Below are positions 36,750-46,555 of a stretch of 64,000 nt of DNA, piece by piece. How positions within the stretch are numbered: position 1 is the first letter of the stretch; each line of letters starts with the position of its first letter. Made by a program: the position numbers and the translations under genes. Source of the stretch: Gemmatimonadota bacterium (lineage in GTDB: Bacteria; Gemmatimonadota; Gemmatimonadetes; Palauibacterales; KS3-K002); assembly GCA_039586795.1 (NCBI GenBank), contig JBDHJS010000002.1, positions 114,546-178,545 of the forward strand. The letters run 5' to 3'. Below the pieces are notes generated by a model. The model did no database searches. It was given only the letters and a program-made list of their open reading frames with translations, and was not told the origin of the DNA.

Positions 36750-39700
36750 CTAGTTCGTCTCCGGCTCTGGCGTGTCAGATGTTTGAACAGCGGCTATCGC
36801 TTCGGTCGCGCGGCCGCCTTTGGTATGTACCAGGAAGTAGATCGCGGGTACGACGATCAGAGTGAGGATCGTCGAAGCTATAGCGCCGGCGATCAGCGCC
36901 ACGGCAAGACCTTCGAAGATCGGGTCGAACAGAATAACGATCGCGCCGATCACCACCGTTCCAGCTGTTAGTGCGATCGGCCGTGTACGCACCGCGCCCG
37001 CCTCGATGACAGCCTTCTGCAGAGGTACCCCGGCCTGACGGCGAGCGTCCAGATAGTCGATCAAGAGGATCCCGTTGCGAACCATGATGCCGGCCAGTGC
37101 GATCATCCCGATCATCGATGTCGCGGTGAAGAACGCACCGAAGATCCAATGTCCGGGAGCGATGCCTACCAGGGTCAGCGGTATCGCGGTCATCATCACG
37201 AGGGGGGCTATGAACGAGCCGAACCAGGCGACGATCAACGCGTAGATCAGCAGCAGGGCGCCGGCGAAAGCGATGCCCAGGTCCCTGAAGACCTCGTATG
37301 TGACCTGCCACTCTCCGTCCCACTTCATGACGGGGCGCTCCACGAGCCCTGGCTGTCGCGCGAAGAGCTGACCGACGGTGCCGGTGGGCATATCGATCTC
37401 AGCGATCTGTTTTTTCAGATCGAGTATCGCGTAGACCGGACTCTCGACCTCTCCAGCCACCTCGGCCAGAATGTAGACCACGCGCTGACCGTTCTTGCGG
37501 TCGATCGCTTTGGGTACCGACGTCATCTCTGGCTCGACCAGCTCGCCCAGAGGAACCAGTCCGCCGGTCATCGAAGCTACGTGCACGCCTCCCAAGCGGT
37601 CGACACCGGAGCGAGCGGCCTCGGTCAACCGAACCCTCACCGGCACAGTGTTTCTCGAGTGGGGCTGTGACAGGTGCGTGACAACCTGGCCGGAAAGGGC
37701 CACCCGGGCTGACTGAACGACGGCGGCCTTTGGCACGCCGCTGAACGCCGCCTTCTCTTCGTCTACGGCGAGCCGGATTTCACGCTGCGGGGCCGTGAGC
37801 GACCAGTCGACGTCGACGACGGAGTTGTGCGCCTCGAACAGACCGCGGATCTCCGTCGCCACCCGTTCCTGCGTCTCGGCGTCGGGACCGTACACCTCGG
37901 CGACGAGGGTACTAAGCACGGGGGGACCGGGCGGCACCTCGACGACTTTAACCCTTACGCCGGTATCCGACGCACCGGCAACAGCCTCTACGACGGGGCG
38001 AATCTTGAGGGCCACGTCGTGGCTCTTCGCGCTACGCTCCGATTTGTGGACCAGGTTGACCTGAATGTCTGCGATGTTGGGTCCGCGGCGCAGGTAGTAG
38101 TGCCGGATCATGCCGTTGAAGTTGAACGGCGCCGCCGTTCCGGCGTACAGCTGGATGTCGGAGACCTCCGGAACAGCGGCCAATGAACGGGAGATGTCCT
38201 CGGCGACCGCGGTGGTGGTCTCGAGCGGCGTGCCCTCCGGCATATCGATGATGATCTGCATCTCGTTCTTGTCATCGAACGGCAGCATCTTCACGGCCAC
38301 GCCGCCGGTCACGAACATCGCCGCCGCCGCCAGCGTCAGGACGAATACGCCGCTCAACATTCCCCACAGCCACACCGGTCGCCTGAGCAGCGGGCCCATG
38401 ACGCGCTCGTAGGCCTTGTAGAGCCTTGTCTCCTCGAGGACGTAAGCGGGCTTGTCATCCTTTGCGTGAGCGCCGCGCAGCAAGCGGAAGGCCAGCCAGG
38501 GCGTACCGATGAGAGCTACGGCGAGGGAGAAGAGCATGGCGACGGTAGCGCCGATGGGCATCGGGCTCATGTAGGGTCCCATAAGTCCCGAAACGAAGAG
38601 CATCGGTAGGACCGCCGCGATGACCGTAAGCGTGGCCAGGATTGTCGGGTTTCCAACTTCGTCCACAGCCGCCCGCGCGGCAGCCCGTGCGGGCCGGTCG
38701 CGCATGGCGAAGTGACGTTCGATGTTCTCGGCGATGATGATCGAGTCGTCGATGACAATACCGGTGACGAAGATCAGAGCGAACAGCGTCACGCGGTTCA
38801 GCGTGTAGCCGAAGAACTGATAGACGAAGAGTGTGAGGGCGAAGGTGATCGGCACCGAGATCATCACGATCACGGCACTGCGCCAGCCCATGGCGAGGGC
38901 GACGACGATCCCCACCGCTATGATCGCGAGCAGTAGGTGCTCTTTGAGAGTGTCGGTCTTTTCACGCGCTGTCTCGCCGTAGTTGCGGGTCACGACGGCA
39001 TCCACGTCTTCGGGCATTAGGCGACCGTGCAGCGATTCGACCTTCTCCTCCAACGCTCGACCCAGCATGGTCGCGTCGGCACCGGGTCGCTTCGAGATGG
39101 CGATCGTCACCATCGGCGACAGCACATCCCCCGGCCTGCCATGGAACGTGTAGTTGGTGACTTCCGCGGGTCCGTCGATCACGTCAGCGACATCCGACAG
39201 CTGGATCAACTGACCGTCTCTAACGTCGATCACGACCGACTCGACATCCCGTGCGGACTCGAGGAACGGCCCCGCGGTAACGCGGACTACTTCGTCACCG
39301 CGCGTGTACGTTCCGGCTTCCATGTTCGTGTTGGCCATCCGCAAGCGCTCGGCGATCATTACCGGGTCGACGCCGAACGCGGCCATGCGGTCGGGTGCCA
39401 GTTCGACCCTGATCTCCCGGGGATAGCCACCGATTACCTGAACGTCGCGAACTTCGGGGACGGACTCGAGCGTCACTCGCAGCTCGTCCGCCATTGCCCG
39501 CAGCGTGCTGTGGTCGTAGTCGGCACCCGTGAGCGTTAGGGTGAAGAACGGAACGTCGTCGATCGTCACCGTCTTGATCAACGGCATGCTGAAGCCAGGC
39601 GGCATGCGGTCTGCGTACTTCAGCATCGTGGTGTAGAGCCGAACTAGACTCTCTTCCATGTCGCGGCCGACTTCGTAGCGGACGGTCACGAGACCGAAGC

Positions 39701-39974
39701 CGGGCTGCGCGTGGCTGTAGACGTACTCCACGCCTTCGATCCCGGACAGAACGTTCTCTACGGGGATCAGCAGCCGGTTTTCCACTTCGTCTGGCGTCGC
39801 CCCGGGCAGCGGCATGTAGATGTCGGCCAGGGGAACGATGATCTGGGGCTCCTCCTCACTGGGCATCGTGAAGACGGTATAGAGACCGAGCGCAAGCGCG
39901 CCGGCGATGAGCAGCGGCGTCAGCTTGGAATCGAGGAACGCGTCGGCGAGTCTGCCGGCGATCTGGCTTCTCAT
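36750..39974 (-). CDS. RND efflux transporter permease
   Basis: EEEPQI, GIVIDDSIIIAENI, GIMVRNGILL, RTRPIALT; start at MRSQI (ATGA overlap with the MFP stop). Confidence 0.95.
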   Translation of the reverse strand: MRSQIAGRLADAFLDSKLTPLLIAGALALGLYTVFTMPSEEEPQIIVPLADIYMPLPGATPDEVENRLLIPVENVLSGIEGVEYVYSHAQPGFGLVTVRYEVGRDMEESLVRLYTTMLKYADRMPPGFSMPLIKTVTIDDVPFFTLTLTGADYDHSTLRAMADELRVTLESVPEVRDVQVIGGYPREIRVELAPDRMAAFGVDPVMIAERLRMANTNMEAGTYTRGDEVVRVTAGPFLESARDVESVVIDVRDGQLIQLSDVADVIDGPAEVTNYTFHGRPGDVLSPMVTIAISKRPGADATMLGRALEEKVESLHGRLMPEDVDAVVTRNYGETAREKTDTLKEHLLLAIIAVGIVVALAMGWRSAVIVMISVPITFALTLFVYQFFGYTLNRVTLFALIFVTGIVIDDSIIIAENIERHFAMRDRPARAAARAAVDEVGNPTILATLTVIAAVLPMLFVSGLMGPYMSPMPIGATVAMLFSLAVALIGTPWLAFRLLRGAHAKDDKPAYVLEETRLYKAYERVMGPLLRRPVWLWGMLSGVFVLTLAAAAMFVTGGVAVKMLPFDDKNEMQIIIDMPEGTPLETTTAVAEDISRSLAAVPEVSDIQLYAGTAAPFNFNGMIRHYYLRRGPNIADIQVNLVHKSERSAKSHDVALKIRPVVEAVAGASDTGVRVKVVEVPPGPPVLSTLVAEVYGPDAETQERVATEIRGLFEAHNSVVDVDWSLTAPQREIRLAVDEEKAAFSGVPKAAVVQSARVALSGQVVTHLSQPHSRNTVPVRVRLTEAARSGVDRLGGVHVASMTGGLVPLGELVEPEMTSVPKAIDRKNGQRVVYILAEVAGEVESPVYAILDLKKQIAEIDMPTGTVGQLFARQPGLVERPVMKWDGEWQVTYEVFRDLGIAFAGALLLIYALIVAWFGSFIAPLVMMTAIPLTLVGIAPGHWIFGAFFTATSMIGMIALAGIMVRNGILLIDYLDARRQAGVPLQKAVIEAGAVRTRPIALTAGTVVIGAIVILFDPIFEGLAVALIAGAIASTILTLIVVPAIYFLVHTKGGRATEAIAAVQTSDTPEPETN

Positions 39975-41053
39975 TGGCCGGCCTCCGTGCGGGCAGTTTG
40001 CGGAGTGGCGAACGGTGGATGCCAATCGACTTTGCGCACGTCAGCTACGGGTTGCCCGTCGACGAGCGACGGTGCCGGATTCCGCACCATGAGGCGATCG
40101 GGTCCGGGGCCAGCCAGTAGCTCTATCGCTTCACCGACTTGCTCTCCCAGCCGAACCCAGCGTAGTCGAAGCTCTTCGTGCTCGACAACAAAGACACCAC
40201 GCAACTGCCCGCGACTCACGACCACGTCGGTTGGGATCCAGCGCGTCGTTGAAGCCGGCTCATCGAGCTCTATGCGTACGAACGTGCCCGGGGGCATGCC
40301 CTGCAGCGCCCTGGTCTCTGATTCGAAGCGAGCCTCGATTCTGAAGCGCCGACTGGATCGCTCGAGGGCCGGCGCGGCGCGGCTGATTCGCGCGGAGTAG
40401 CGAGCGCCGGATTCGGGCTGGTAGACCCCGATCAGGTCCCCGACCGCTACCCGACCCGCTAGCTCGCCGGGAAGGTCCGCTTCGATCTTCAGGTCACCCG
40501 ACCCGATCATCTCGAGCACAGGCATACCGGGTACGGTTAGGTTGCCGGGATCGGCGTGCCGCGCTGTGATGACCCCGGAGAACGGTGCCCGTAGGACGAC
40601 GTAGGCGAGCTGCGCCCTCGCGTCACGTAGCGCAGCATCCGCCATCTCCAGTCGAGCACTCGCGTCGTCGAGCTCCTGGGCTGTGGCGGCTCCGTCTTCG
40701 GCGAGGGCCGTAATCCGTTGGTGCCATTGACGGGCCAGTTGTGCGGACGCCTCGGCGCTGGCGATGCGCGCATCGACATCACGCTTGTCGAGTCTGACGA
40801 GCGCTTGCCCCTCCGTGACATCTGCGCCGATGTCCACGGCCACGCTACGTATCGTGCCGGCGATCCTGGTCGCCAGCTGCGCCTGCCGCGTCGCTACGAC
40901 CGACGCAGGTGCGGTGGTGACCGCTGTGCCCGACGCCGAGGTCGATGCAGAAACGGCGACCGGCTCAGAGCTCGCTGGCAGTTCACCGGGCTCTCCGCCA
41001 CAGGCGGCGGCGCCGATTGTCAGTAACGCGATCATTCCTGTTATCCGCTTCAT
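39971..41053 (-). CDS. RND periplasmic adaptor (membrane fusion protein), lipoprotein
   Basis: Lipobox AAAC, lipoyl halves (G..V..GQ.LV.LD; LRAPFSGVI), hairpin, PGTF. Confidence 0.92.
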   Translation of the reverse strand: MKRITGMIALLTIGAAACGGEPGELPASSEPVAVSASTSASGTAVTTAPASVVATRQAQLATRIAGTIRSVAVDIGADVTEGQALVRLDKRDVDARIASAEASAQLARQWHQRITALAEDGAATAQELDDASARLEMADAALRDARAQLAYVVLRAPFSGVITARHADPGNLTVPGMPVLEMIGSGDLKIEADLPGELAGRVAVGDLIGVYQPESGARYSARISRAAPALERSSRRFRIEARFESETRALQGMPPGTFVRIELDEPASTTRWIPTDVVVSRGQLRGVFVVEHEELRLRWVRLGEQVGEAIELLAGPGPDRLMVRNPAPSLVDGQPVADVRKVDWHPPFATPQTARTEAGQ

Positions 41054-41057
41054 ATCC

Positions 41058-42395
41058 TTAGCTCACTGTGTTGACTTGTGACCGTACAAACTCGAGTTGG
41101 GCGACTGCGATATGGTAGGCGGCGAGTGCTATTATCGAGCGCTCCCGCATTCCAGTGGCTCGCGCCTCGGCCTGAAGTAGATCCGCGGCGGTCGCCAGGC
41201 CTTCGTCGAAGCGCCTCCTCATCAGTTCTCTGCCTGAATCTGCCGCTGTCGAGGCGGCGCTCGTCGCGGCTACCGCTTCACTGGCGGCCTGGACGGCGCG
41301 TTCGGCTTGGTCCAGTTCCGCTCGCGCATCCTTGACGGCTTTCTCGTACTCGATCTCCGCAACGTGCCGTTCCAACTCGGCGCGCTGGATCTCGGATGTC
41401 CGAGCGAATCCGGAGAAGACAGTCCAGCGGAGGGCGAGGCCTACGGTCCAGTTGTTGGCGTCGAATCCGAGGGCGTCGCTGCTGTGCGTGGCCAGCTCCG
41501 CGAACGCATCGAGCGCCGGGATCCACGCGAACGAAGCGCGAGACTTCGCCTTCGAAGCCGCCTCGGCGGCCGCCTCACGGGCCTTGATGTCGGCTCGGGC
41601 TCGCGGGTCGAAGACGCGTTCTGTGATGTCGGTCGGCGCCGTCAGAGTGTCGGTCAGGACGGGTCGTAGCTCCGGCCCCCAGCCGAGGTGAAGGGCTAGA
41701 TCTTCCAGTGCATTGAGCCGCAGGCTGGACGCCTGGGCCACTGCTGCACGTGCCGCCGCCATCTCGGCCTCTGCCTGGAGCAGGTCGGCGTCGGTGAGCA
41801 AGCCTCGCTCGTGCCGCCGCGCGAATGAGGCGAGCGTCGCCTCGGCTGCGTAGAGGGCCGACTCGGCCGCCGCCTGTTGAGCCGTCGCGGTCAGCGCTCG
41901 GTAGTACAGCATCCGCGTCATCAGCACCGTGGCCTCGCGAGCGCGTACCGCGGCCCACTCCGCCGCCTCTGCCTGGCGTGCCGCCGACGAACTCCCGGCC
42001 CAGATCGTCGGGTCGAGCAAGCTCCAACGCAGGCCGATGCGCGCCGACCAGTCGTTTATAGGGTCGGGATTGTTGAGCGCATCGAGATCGAAATCGTCGG
42101 CCCCGAACGTGCCCTGTCGCAGCTTGGTGCCGAAGACGAAAACGGGGTCCGAGGACCGAACGTAGCTGCCGCCGGCCATGATCTGGGGCCAGAGCGGCGC
42201 CGCCGCGGACTTCTTGTGCTTGTCGGCTATCTTACGGCGCGCTTCGGCGACCGCCAGGTCGCTGTTTCCGGCTAGCGCCTCCTCGATCGCCTGATCGAGG
42301 GAGAGTTCCCGGACGCTGGACGTCTGGGCGAAGGCGCTGGCGGCGAAGACGAGCGTCAGAAGGAGAGCAAACGGTAATTTCATTAGAGTATTCAT
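41058..42395 (-). CDS. TolC-family outer-membrane efflux protein
   Basis: Signal peptide, LSLDQAI..AL..N, duplicated G..T.ADLLQAE repeats. Confidence 0.92.
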   Translation of the reverse strand: MNTLMKLPFALLLTLVFAASAFAQTSSVRELSLDQAIEEALAGNSDLAVAEARRKIADKHKKSAAAPLWPQIMAGGSYVRSSDPVFVFGTKLRQGTFGADDFDLDALNNPDPINDWSARIGLRWSLLDPTIWAGSSSAARQAEAAEWAAVRAREATVLMTRMLYYRALTATAQQAAAESALYAAEATLASFARRHERGLLTDADLLQAEAEMAAARAAVAQASSLRLNALEDLALHLGWGPELRPVLTDTLTAPTDITERVFDPRARADIKAREAAAEAASKAKSRASFAWIPALDAFAELATHSSDALGFDANNWTVGLALRWTVFSGFARTSEIQRAELERHVAEIEYEKAVKDARAELDQAERAVQAASEAVAATSAASTAADSGRELMRRRFDEGLATAADLLQAEARATGMRERSIIALAAYHIAVAQLEFVRSQVNTVS

Positions 42396-42428
42396 ATTTG
42401 TGTATGCGTCGCGGTAAATGAAAACCGG

Positions 42429-42734
42429 TCACGTCGAACAATGGTCATGAATACAATCTATGACGTGGGTGATCCGGGGGTCGATGATCCGGTAGTGCAC
42501 GTTCACACCGTCGCGGCGGCTTGCCAGTATACCCTTGTCGCGCATGAGGTTAAGGTGCTGGGAAGCCACGGCCTGCTCGATGCCCAGCGTCTCATAGATG
42601 GTCGTGACGTTGAGCTCGCCGGACGTGTCCAGCAGGTTGATGATCTGCAAGCGGATCGGATGACCGATGCACTTGAGCATCGCTGCCGCGGCCTGAACGG
42701 AGTCACTGTCTAGGGTCTTGGACTTTTCTGTCAT
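42429..42734 (-). CDS. ArsR/SmtB-family transcriptional regulator (BigR/HlyU-like)
   Basis: LKCIGHPIRL, VASQHL..MR..GIL..RR.G; AGGAGG RBS. Confidence 0.93.
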   Translation of the reverse strand: MTEKSKTLDSDSVQAAAAMLKCIGHPIRLQIINLLDTSGELNVTTIYETLGIEQAVASQHLNLMRDKGILASRRDGVNVHYRIIDPRITHVIDCIHDHCST

Positions 42735-42758
42735 GGGTTGCCTCCTGGCATGCGCTCA

Positions 42759-42786
42759 AAGATATATAGATATACATATGTGTCAA
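42759..42786 (-). promoter_or_regulatory. Sigma-70 promoter with AT-rich imperfect palindrome (probable ArsR operator) in the spacer
   Basis: Minus strand TTGACA-N16-TATCTT; ACATATGTATATCTATATAT is 14/20 self-complementary. Confidence 0.7.
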
Positions 42787-42813
42787 CCCCTGGGCCAATC
42801 AGCGGGATCGGCC

Positions 42814-42853
42814 TGAACCGCTGAACCCGGTAATCCCAAAATCCCTGAATGTC
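42814..42853. repeat. Single-arm octamer array related to the 30.3 kb element
   Basis: tgaaccgc tgaacccg gtaatccc aaaatccc tgaatgtc; shares gtaatccc with 30413-30420. Confidence 0.6.
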
Positions 42854-42913
42854 CTCCCTTGCCTGTCTCTCCCGGCACGCCGAAGATTAGGCAGGCCAAC
42901 CTGGTAAGCCGAC

Positions 42914-43324
42914 ATGGAGGCGATCGTGGACATCAAGCCGAACCGGCTGGTTCATCTGGGGTACGGGAAGTACTGGCGTTCTGATCAGATCGTCGGTCTG
43001 GTGCCGATTGAAGATGATCGCGGCCCCGGGCGGCGCACCTACGTTTACGTGGCGACGGAGTCAGAGCCCCACGTGGGGTCGCGGTCGGAGGAAGCGATAC
43101 GTAGAGAGATGGCGGTGAGTGAAGAGGAGTTCAGGGTGGGCGAGCTGCGGAATGCGGCGGCGGAGTTACTGGAAGAAATAACCGATCTCTCACCTGTCCT
43201 GCGGCGGATGCTTCTGCACGAAGGCGGAATCGATATGCGCAGCTGGGAGCAGCGTCTGCGAGCTCTTCTGGGCCAGGAGGAAGCCCAGGCTGGTCAGGAA
43301 GAGCTATTCGGCCGGGAGATGTGA
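42914..43324 (+). CDS. Hypothetical protein, possible remote RemA/DUF370 homologue
   Basis: LVHLGYG....DQIVGLVP...GRRT.V.V pattern plus helical C-terminus. Confidence 0.7.
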   Translation: MEAIVDIKPNRLVHLGYGKYWRSDQIVGLVPIEDDRGPGRRTYVYVATESEPHVGSRSEEAIRREMAVSEEEFRVGELRNAAAELLEEITDLSPVLRRMLLHEGGIDMRSWEQRLRALLGQEEAQAGQEELFGREM

Positions 43325-43417
43325 GCTGCCCGTATAAGCAAGAGCCCTTCCTTCGATTCATGACCGGCTTATCCGGCCGGGCGGACCCATCAGGGTGATG
43401 CAACTAATCCAGAACCC

Positions 43418-45202
43418 GTGGCGGAGAAAGCTGTGAGACGCCTGGCGCTTCTCATACCAATATTGCTGGGTGTGTGGGTCACGGCAGCACACGCGCAGGA
43501 TGATGCTGAGTGCCCGGACGGTCGGGTAGCCAGCATCACGGTTGTCAGGTATCCAGTATTTGGGGGGGAAGAATCACGAGACAGCGCTAGCGGCATCGAG
43601 CGCGCTGCCATCGACGTAGCGGACTTCGTTCACACCGAGACCAAAGAAGCATTCATCCGCCGCGAGTTACTGTTCGAGGTGGGGGACTGTGCGGACCGCC
43701 TCAGGCTGTCGGAGAGCGAGCGCATCCTTCGTTTGTATCGCTTCCTCGAGGCGGCATCGGTCGAGGAGGAGCCTCGGCCTGATGGGGATGTGGACGTGAC
43801 GGTAACGACCACGGACGATTGGTCATTGAGGCTCGAGCCCCGGTTCAACTTCGGCGAGGGCATCGCGTTCGGCGGCGTAAGCCTGGCGGAAACGAACTTC
43901 ATGGGGCGGGGGCGCACCCTGGAGCTAGCGTACTTGATCCGTGACGGTACGGACGACTGGGTGTTTCGCTACGTCGACCCGCAGGCCTTCACCACGCTCT
44001 GGAATCTCGAACTTGCGGCGATTCGAGGTAAACCTGGGTGGATCTTCCTCGGGTCGATCGCTTACCCTTTTAGAGGTCTGGTGGGGAGATGGGCCGCCTT
44101 TCAGAACGCCTTCTACGGCGAAGACGACTTCCGCTACTTCGTGGGGGATGACACAGAGGATAGGTTGGATCTGCGGTTGCCGACGCTGCGGAGAACCTTT
44201 GGAATGGGTGGGGCACTCCGAACGAAAGGAGCGGTGCGAGGCCGAGCGGCCCGGTTGATATCCTACGGTTTCGTTGCCACGTATTTCTCGACGGAGTACG
44301 GAACGGAGTTTTTGGCGGATAGTATCCGTAGTATCATCGATTCCTTACCAGCGCCCCCCGATTTTCGAACCACAGCTTCTCTCGTCCCCATTGACGCGTT
44401 GCGGCTGAGCGCGGTTGGCGGTCTCAGAGTACTGGATTACGTGCAACAGACGGGAGTCATAACATTGCGGGGTGTTGAAGACATCCCGTTGGGCGGAGCC
44501 ATCGATCTACTCGCCGGAGTGGCTCCGCAGTGGTTCGGGACATCGGATTCGCACATGCTTCTGGGACTCGATCTGTATGGCGGATCCCGGGTGTGGGGAA
44601 GCTGGTATTCGATTCTGCGTGCGAACGGCGAAGCTTGGAATGACCTCGACACTGGTGGTTGGCGGGATGTGTTGACGACGGCAGAGTGGAACAACTTCTG
44701 GATCATGAACTCGACCTTCACGAGTGAGGTGAAGGCCAGCTTCAGCGCTGGTTGGCGAACAACGGTGCCCTTCCAGCTGACCCTGGGTGGTCCGGAGAAG
44801 ATTGCCGGCTATACGTTCGATCGTTTTCCTGGTGGCTTGCGTTTCGCGGCTCGCGTCGAGAGCCGGCAGAACCTGACGCGCCTTGGCAGGCTGATGGACC
44901 TGGGCAGCTTCGTGAACCTCGATGTGGGTCAGATGTGGGCGAACGGAGCGCTGTTTGGAGTCGACTCCGATCTGCGGGGCTCGGTGGGCATCGGAATCCG
45001 CTTCGCGGCACCCTCGGGCAGTCGCCAGGCCTACCGGCTGACCATCGGCATCCCGTTCGAGCGAGACCTGCAGTTTCGTAATCTGGTCTTCTCTTTCAGT
45101 CTCGACCGTCTCTTGCAGATCGAAGGACGGCAACCGCTGGACCCACAGGTGTTCCGCAGCCGCGATCCCGCCATTCTCGACGCGAGGCGATACCTGAAGT
45201 GA
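43418..45202 (+). CDS. BamA/TamA (Omp85)-like outer-membrane protein with POTRA domain
   Basis: Signal peptide, TKEAFIRRELLF..GD, ESERILR, ETNFMGRG, LGG...GY, SVGIGIRF. Confidence 0.8.
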   Translation: MAEKAVRRLALLIPILLGVWVTAAHAQDDAECPDGRVASITVVRYPVFGGEESRDSASGIERAAIDVADFVHTETKEAFIRRELLFEVGDCADRLRLSESERILRLYRFLEAASVEEEPRPDGDVDVTVTTTDDWSLRLEPRFNFGEGIAFGGVSLAETNFMGRGRTLELAYLIRDGTDDWVFRYVDPQAFTTLWNLELAAIRGKPGWIFLGSIAYPFRGLVGRWAAFQNAFYGEDDFRYFVGDDTEDRLDLRLPTLRRTFGMGGALRTKGAVRGRAARLISYGFVATYFSTEYGTEFLADSIRSIIDSLPAPPDFRTTASLVPIDALRLSAVGGLRVLDYVQQTGVITLRGVEDIPLGGAIDLLAGVAPQWFGTSDSHMLLGLDLYGGSRVWGSWYSILRANGEAWNDLDTGGWRDVLTTAEWNNFWIMNSTFTSEVKASFSAGWRTTVPFQLTLGGPEKIAGYTFDRFPGGLRFAARVESRQNLTRLGRLMDLGSFVNLDVGQMWANGALFGVDSDLRGSVGIGIRFAAPSGSRQAYRLTIGIPFERDLQFRNLVFSFSLDRLLQIEGRQPLDPQVFRSRDPAILDARRYLK

Positions 45203-46530
45203 GTTCAGGCCGCACCGCGTATCGGGCGAGATGGGTCATACCCGTCACCTCTCAGCCGATTGAGAACGGTGTGGTGTGTGTGGCGCAGGACGGTCTGATC
45301 GAGGCGGTAGGCAGCGCCAGCGAGATCGACACCAGCGGGGCGCGTGTCGTCGATTTGAGGGAATCGGCTATCATGCCAGGTTTGGTGAACGTGCACGCTC
45401 ACCCCGAGCTCACCGTGCTGCGCGGCACGATCGAGGATCTTCCTTTCACCGACTGGATCAGCCGTCTCACCGAACAGAAGTACGAGGTGCTCACGCCGGA
45501 TGTTTTGCGTGCCTCGACCTGGCTGGGTGTGGCAGAGGCAATCGCTGCGGGTGTCACTTGCCTGGCAGCTCCCGATGATGCCGGACACCTTGCGCTTGCG
45601 ATGAAGGAGACGGGGTTGAGAGGTAGGGTCTACCGAGAAGTCTTCGGCCCTGCTCCGGATCAGGCGTCGGCGGCTCTCGCTGAGCTGACCGGGGAAGTCG
45701 ATGCGATGAGAGCCGACGTTGATGGTAGTCGAGTCGAGATCGGGATCTCTCCACACGCTCCGTTCACCGTGTCGGCCGACCTGTTCAGTGATCTGAGCGC
45801 TTACGCGATGGCCGAGGCGCTGCCCGTGTGTATCCATGTCGCCGAATCGGCGGCGGAGGAACTGTACATTCGTGATGGTGCCGGCCCGTTCGCCGAGCGG
45901 CTCAGGTCACGAGGCATCGACGTCGTAGCTCAAGGCGTGTCACCTGTTGCCTGGTTGGCCAAGACGGGAATTCTGGGGGCCCGGGCGCTGTTGGTGCACT
46001 GTGTGCGCGTGGACCGCGACGACATAGCACGAGTTGCGGACAGCGGGGCCTCCGTCGCTCACTGTCCAGTATCGAACGCCAGATTCGCCCACGGCGTCGC
46101 GCCGCTACCGGCCTTCATTGAGGCGGGGATTCCGGTTGGGCTCGGTAGCGATTCGGTTGCCAGCAACAACAGGGTGGACATTCTGGAAGAGGCGCGGTTC
46201 GCCTCACTGATGCAGCGCGCCCTCCATCACGATCCGACGTTGCTGAGTCCGAGCGAGCTTCTGCAATTGGCGACGCTCGAGGGTGCCCGCGCTCTGGGGC
46301 TGTCTGAGTGGGTCGGTTCGTTGGAACCTGGTAAGCAAGCCGACCTCACGGCGATTCGTCTGGATGTGACACATTCAACTCCTCCGGGTGAGCCGGTGAC
46401 CGCTCTATTCCACTCGGCGCAAAGCAGCGACGTAATCTTGACCGTTGTTGCTGGACGTGAGCTCTACAGAGAGGGAGAGTTTAGGACGCTGGATTGGTCG
46501 GCTCTGGTGAAGGAGTTAGGGCCGGCCTGA
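45199..46530 (+). CDS. Amidohydrolase (MTA/SAH or aminodeoxyfutalosine deaminase-like)
   Basis: PGLVNVHAH, SPHAP, HVAES, LVHC, HCPVSN, GSDS, GSLEPGKQADL; GTGA overlap. Confidence 0.9.
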   Translation: MSSGRTAYRARWVIPVTSQPIENGVVCVAQDGLIEAVGSASEIDTSGARVVDLRESAIMPGLVNVHAHPELTVLRGTIEDLPFTDWISRLTEQKYEVLTPDVLRASTWLGVAEAIAAGVTCLAAPDDAGHLALAMKETGLRGRVYREVFGPAPDQASAALAELTGEVDAMRADVDGSRVEIGISPHAPFTVSADLFSDLSAYAMAEALPVCIHVAESAAEELYIRDGAGPFAERLRSRGIDVVAQGVSPVAWLAKTGILGARALLVHCVRVDRDDIARVADSGASVAHCPVSNARFAHGVAPLPAFIEAGIPVGLGSDSVASNNRVDILEEARFASLMQRALHHDPTLLSPSELLQLATLEGARALGLSEWVGSLEPGKQADLTAIRLDVTHSTPPGEPVTALFHSAQSSDVILTVVAGRELYREGEFRTLDWSALVKELGPA

Positions 46531-46555
46531 CTCGACCCATCTCGACTAACGTGGT

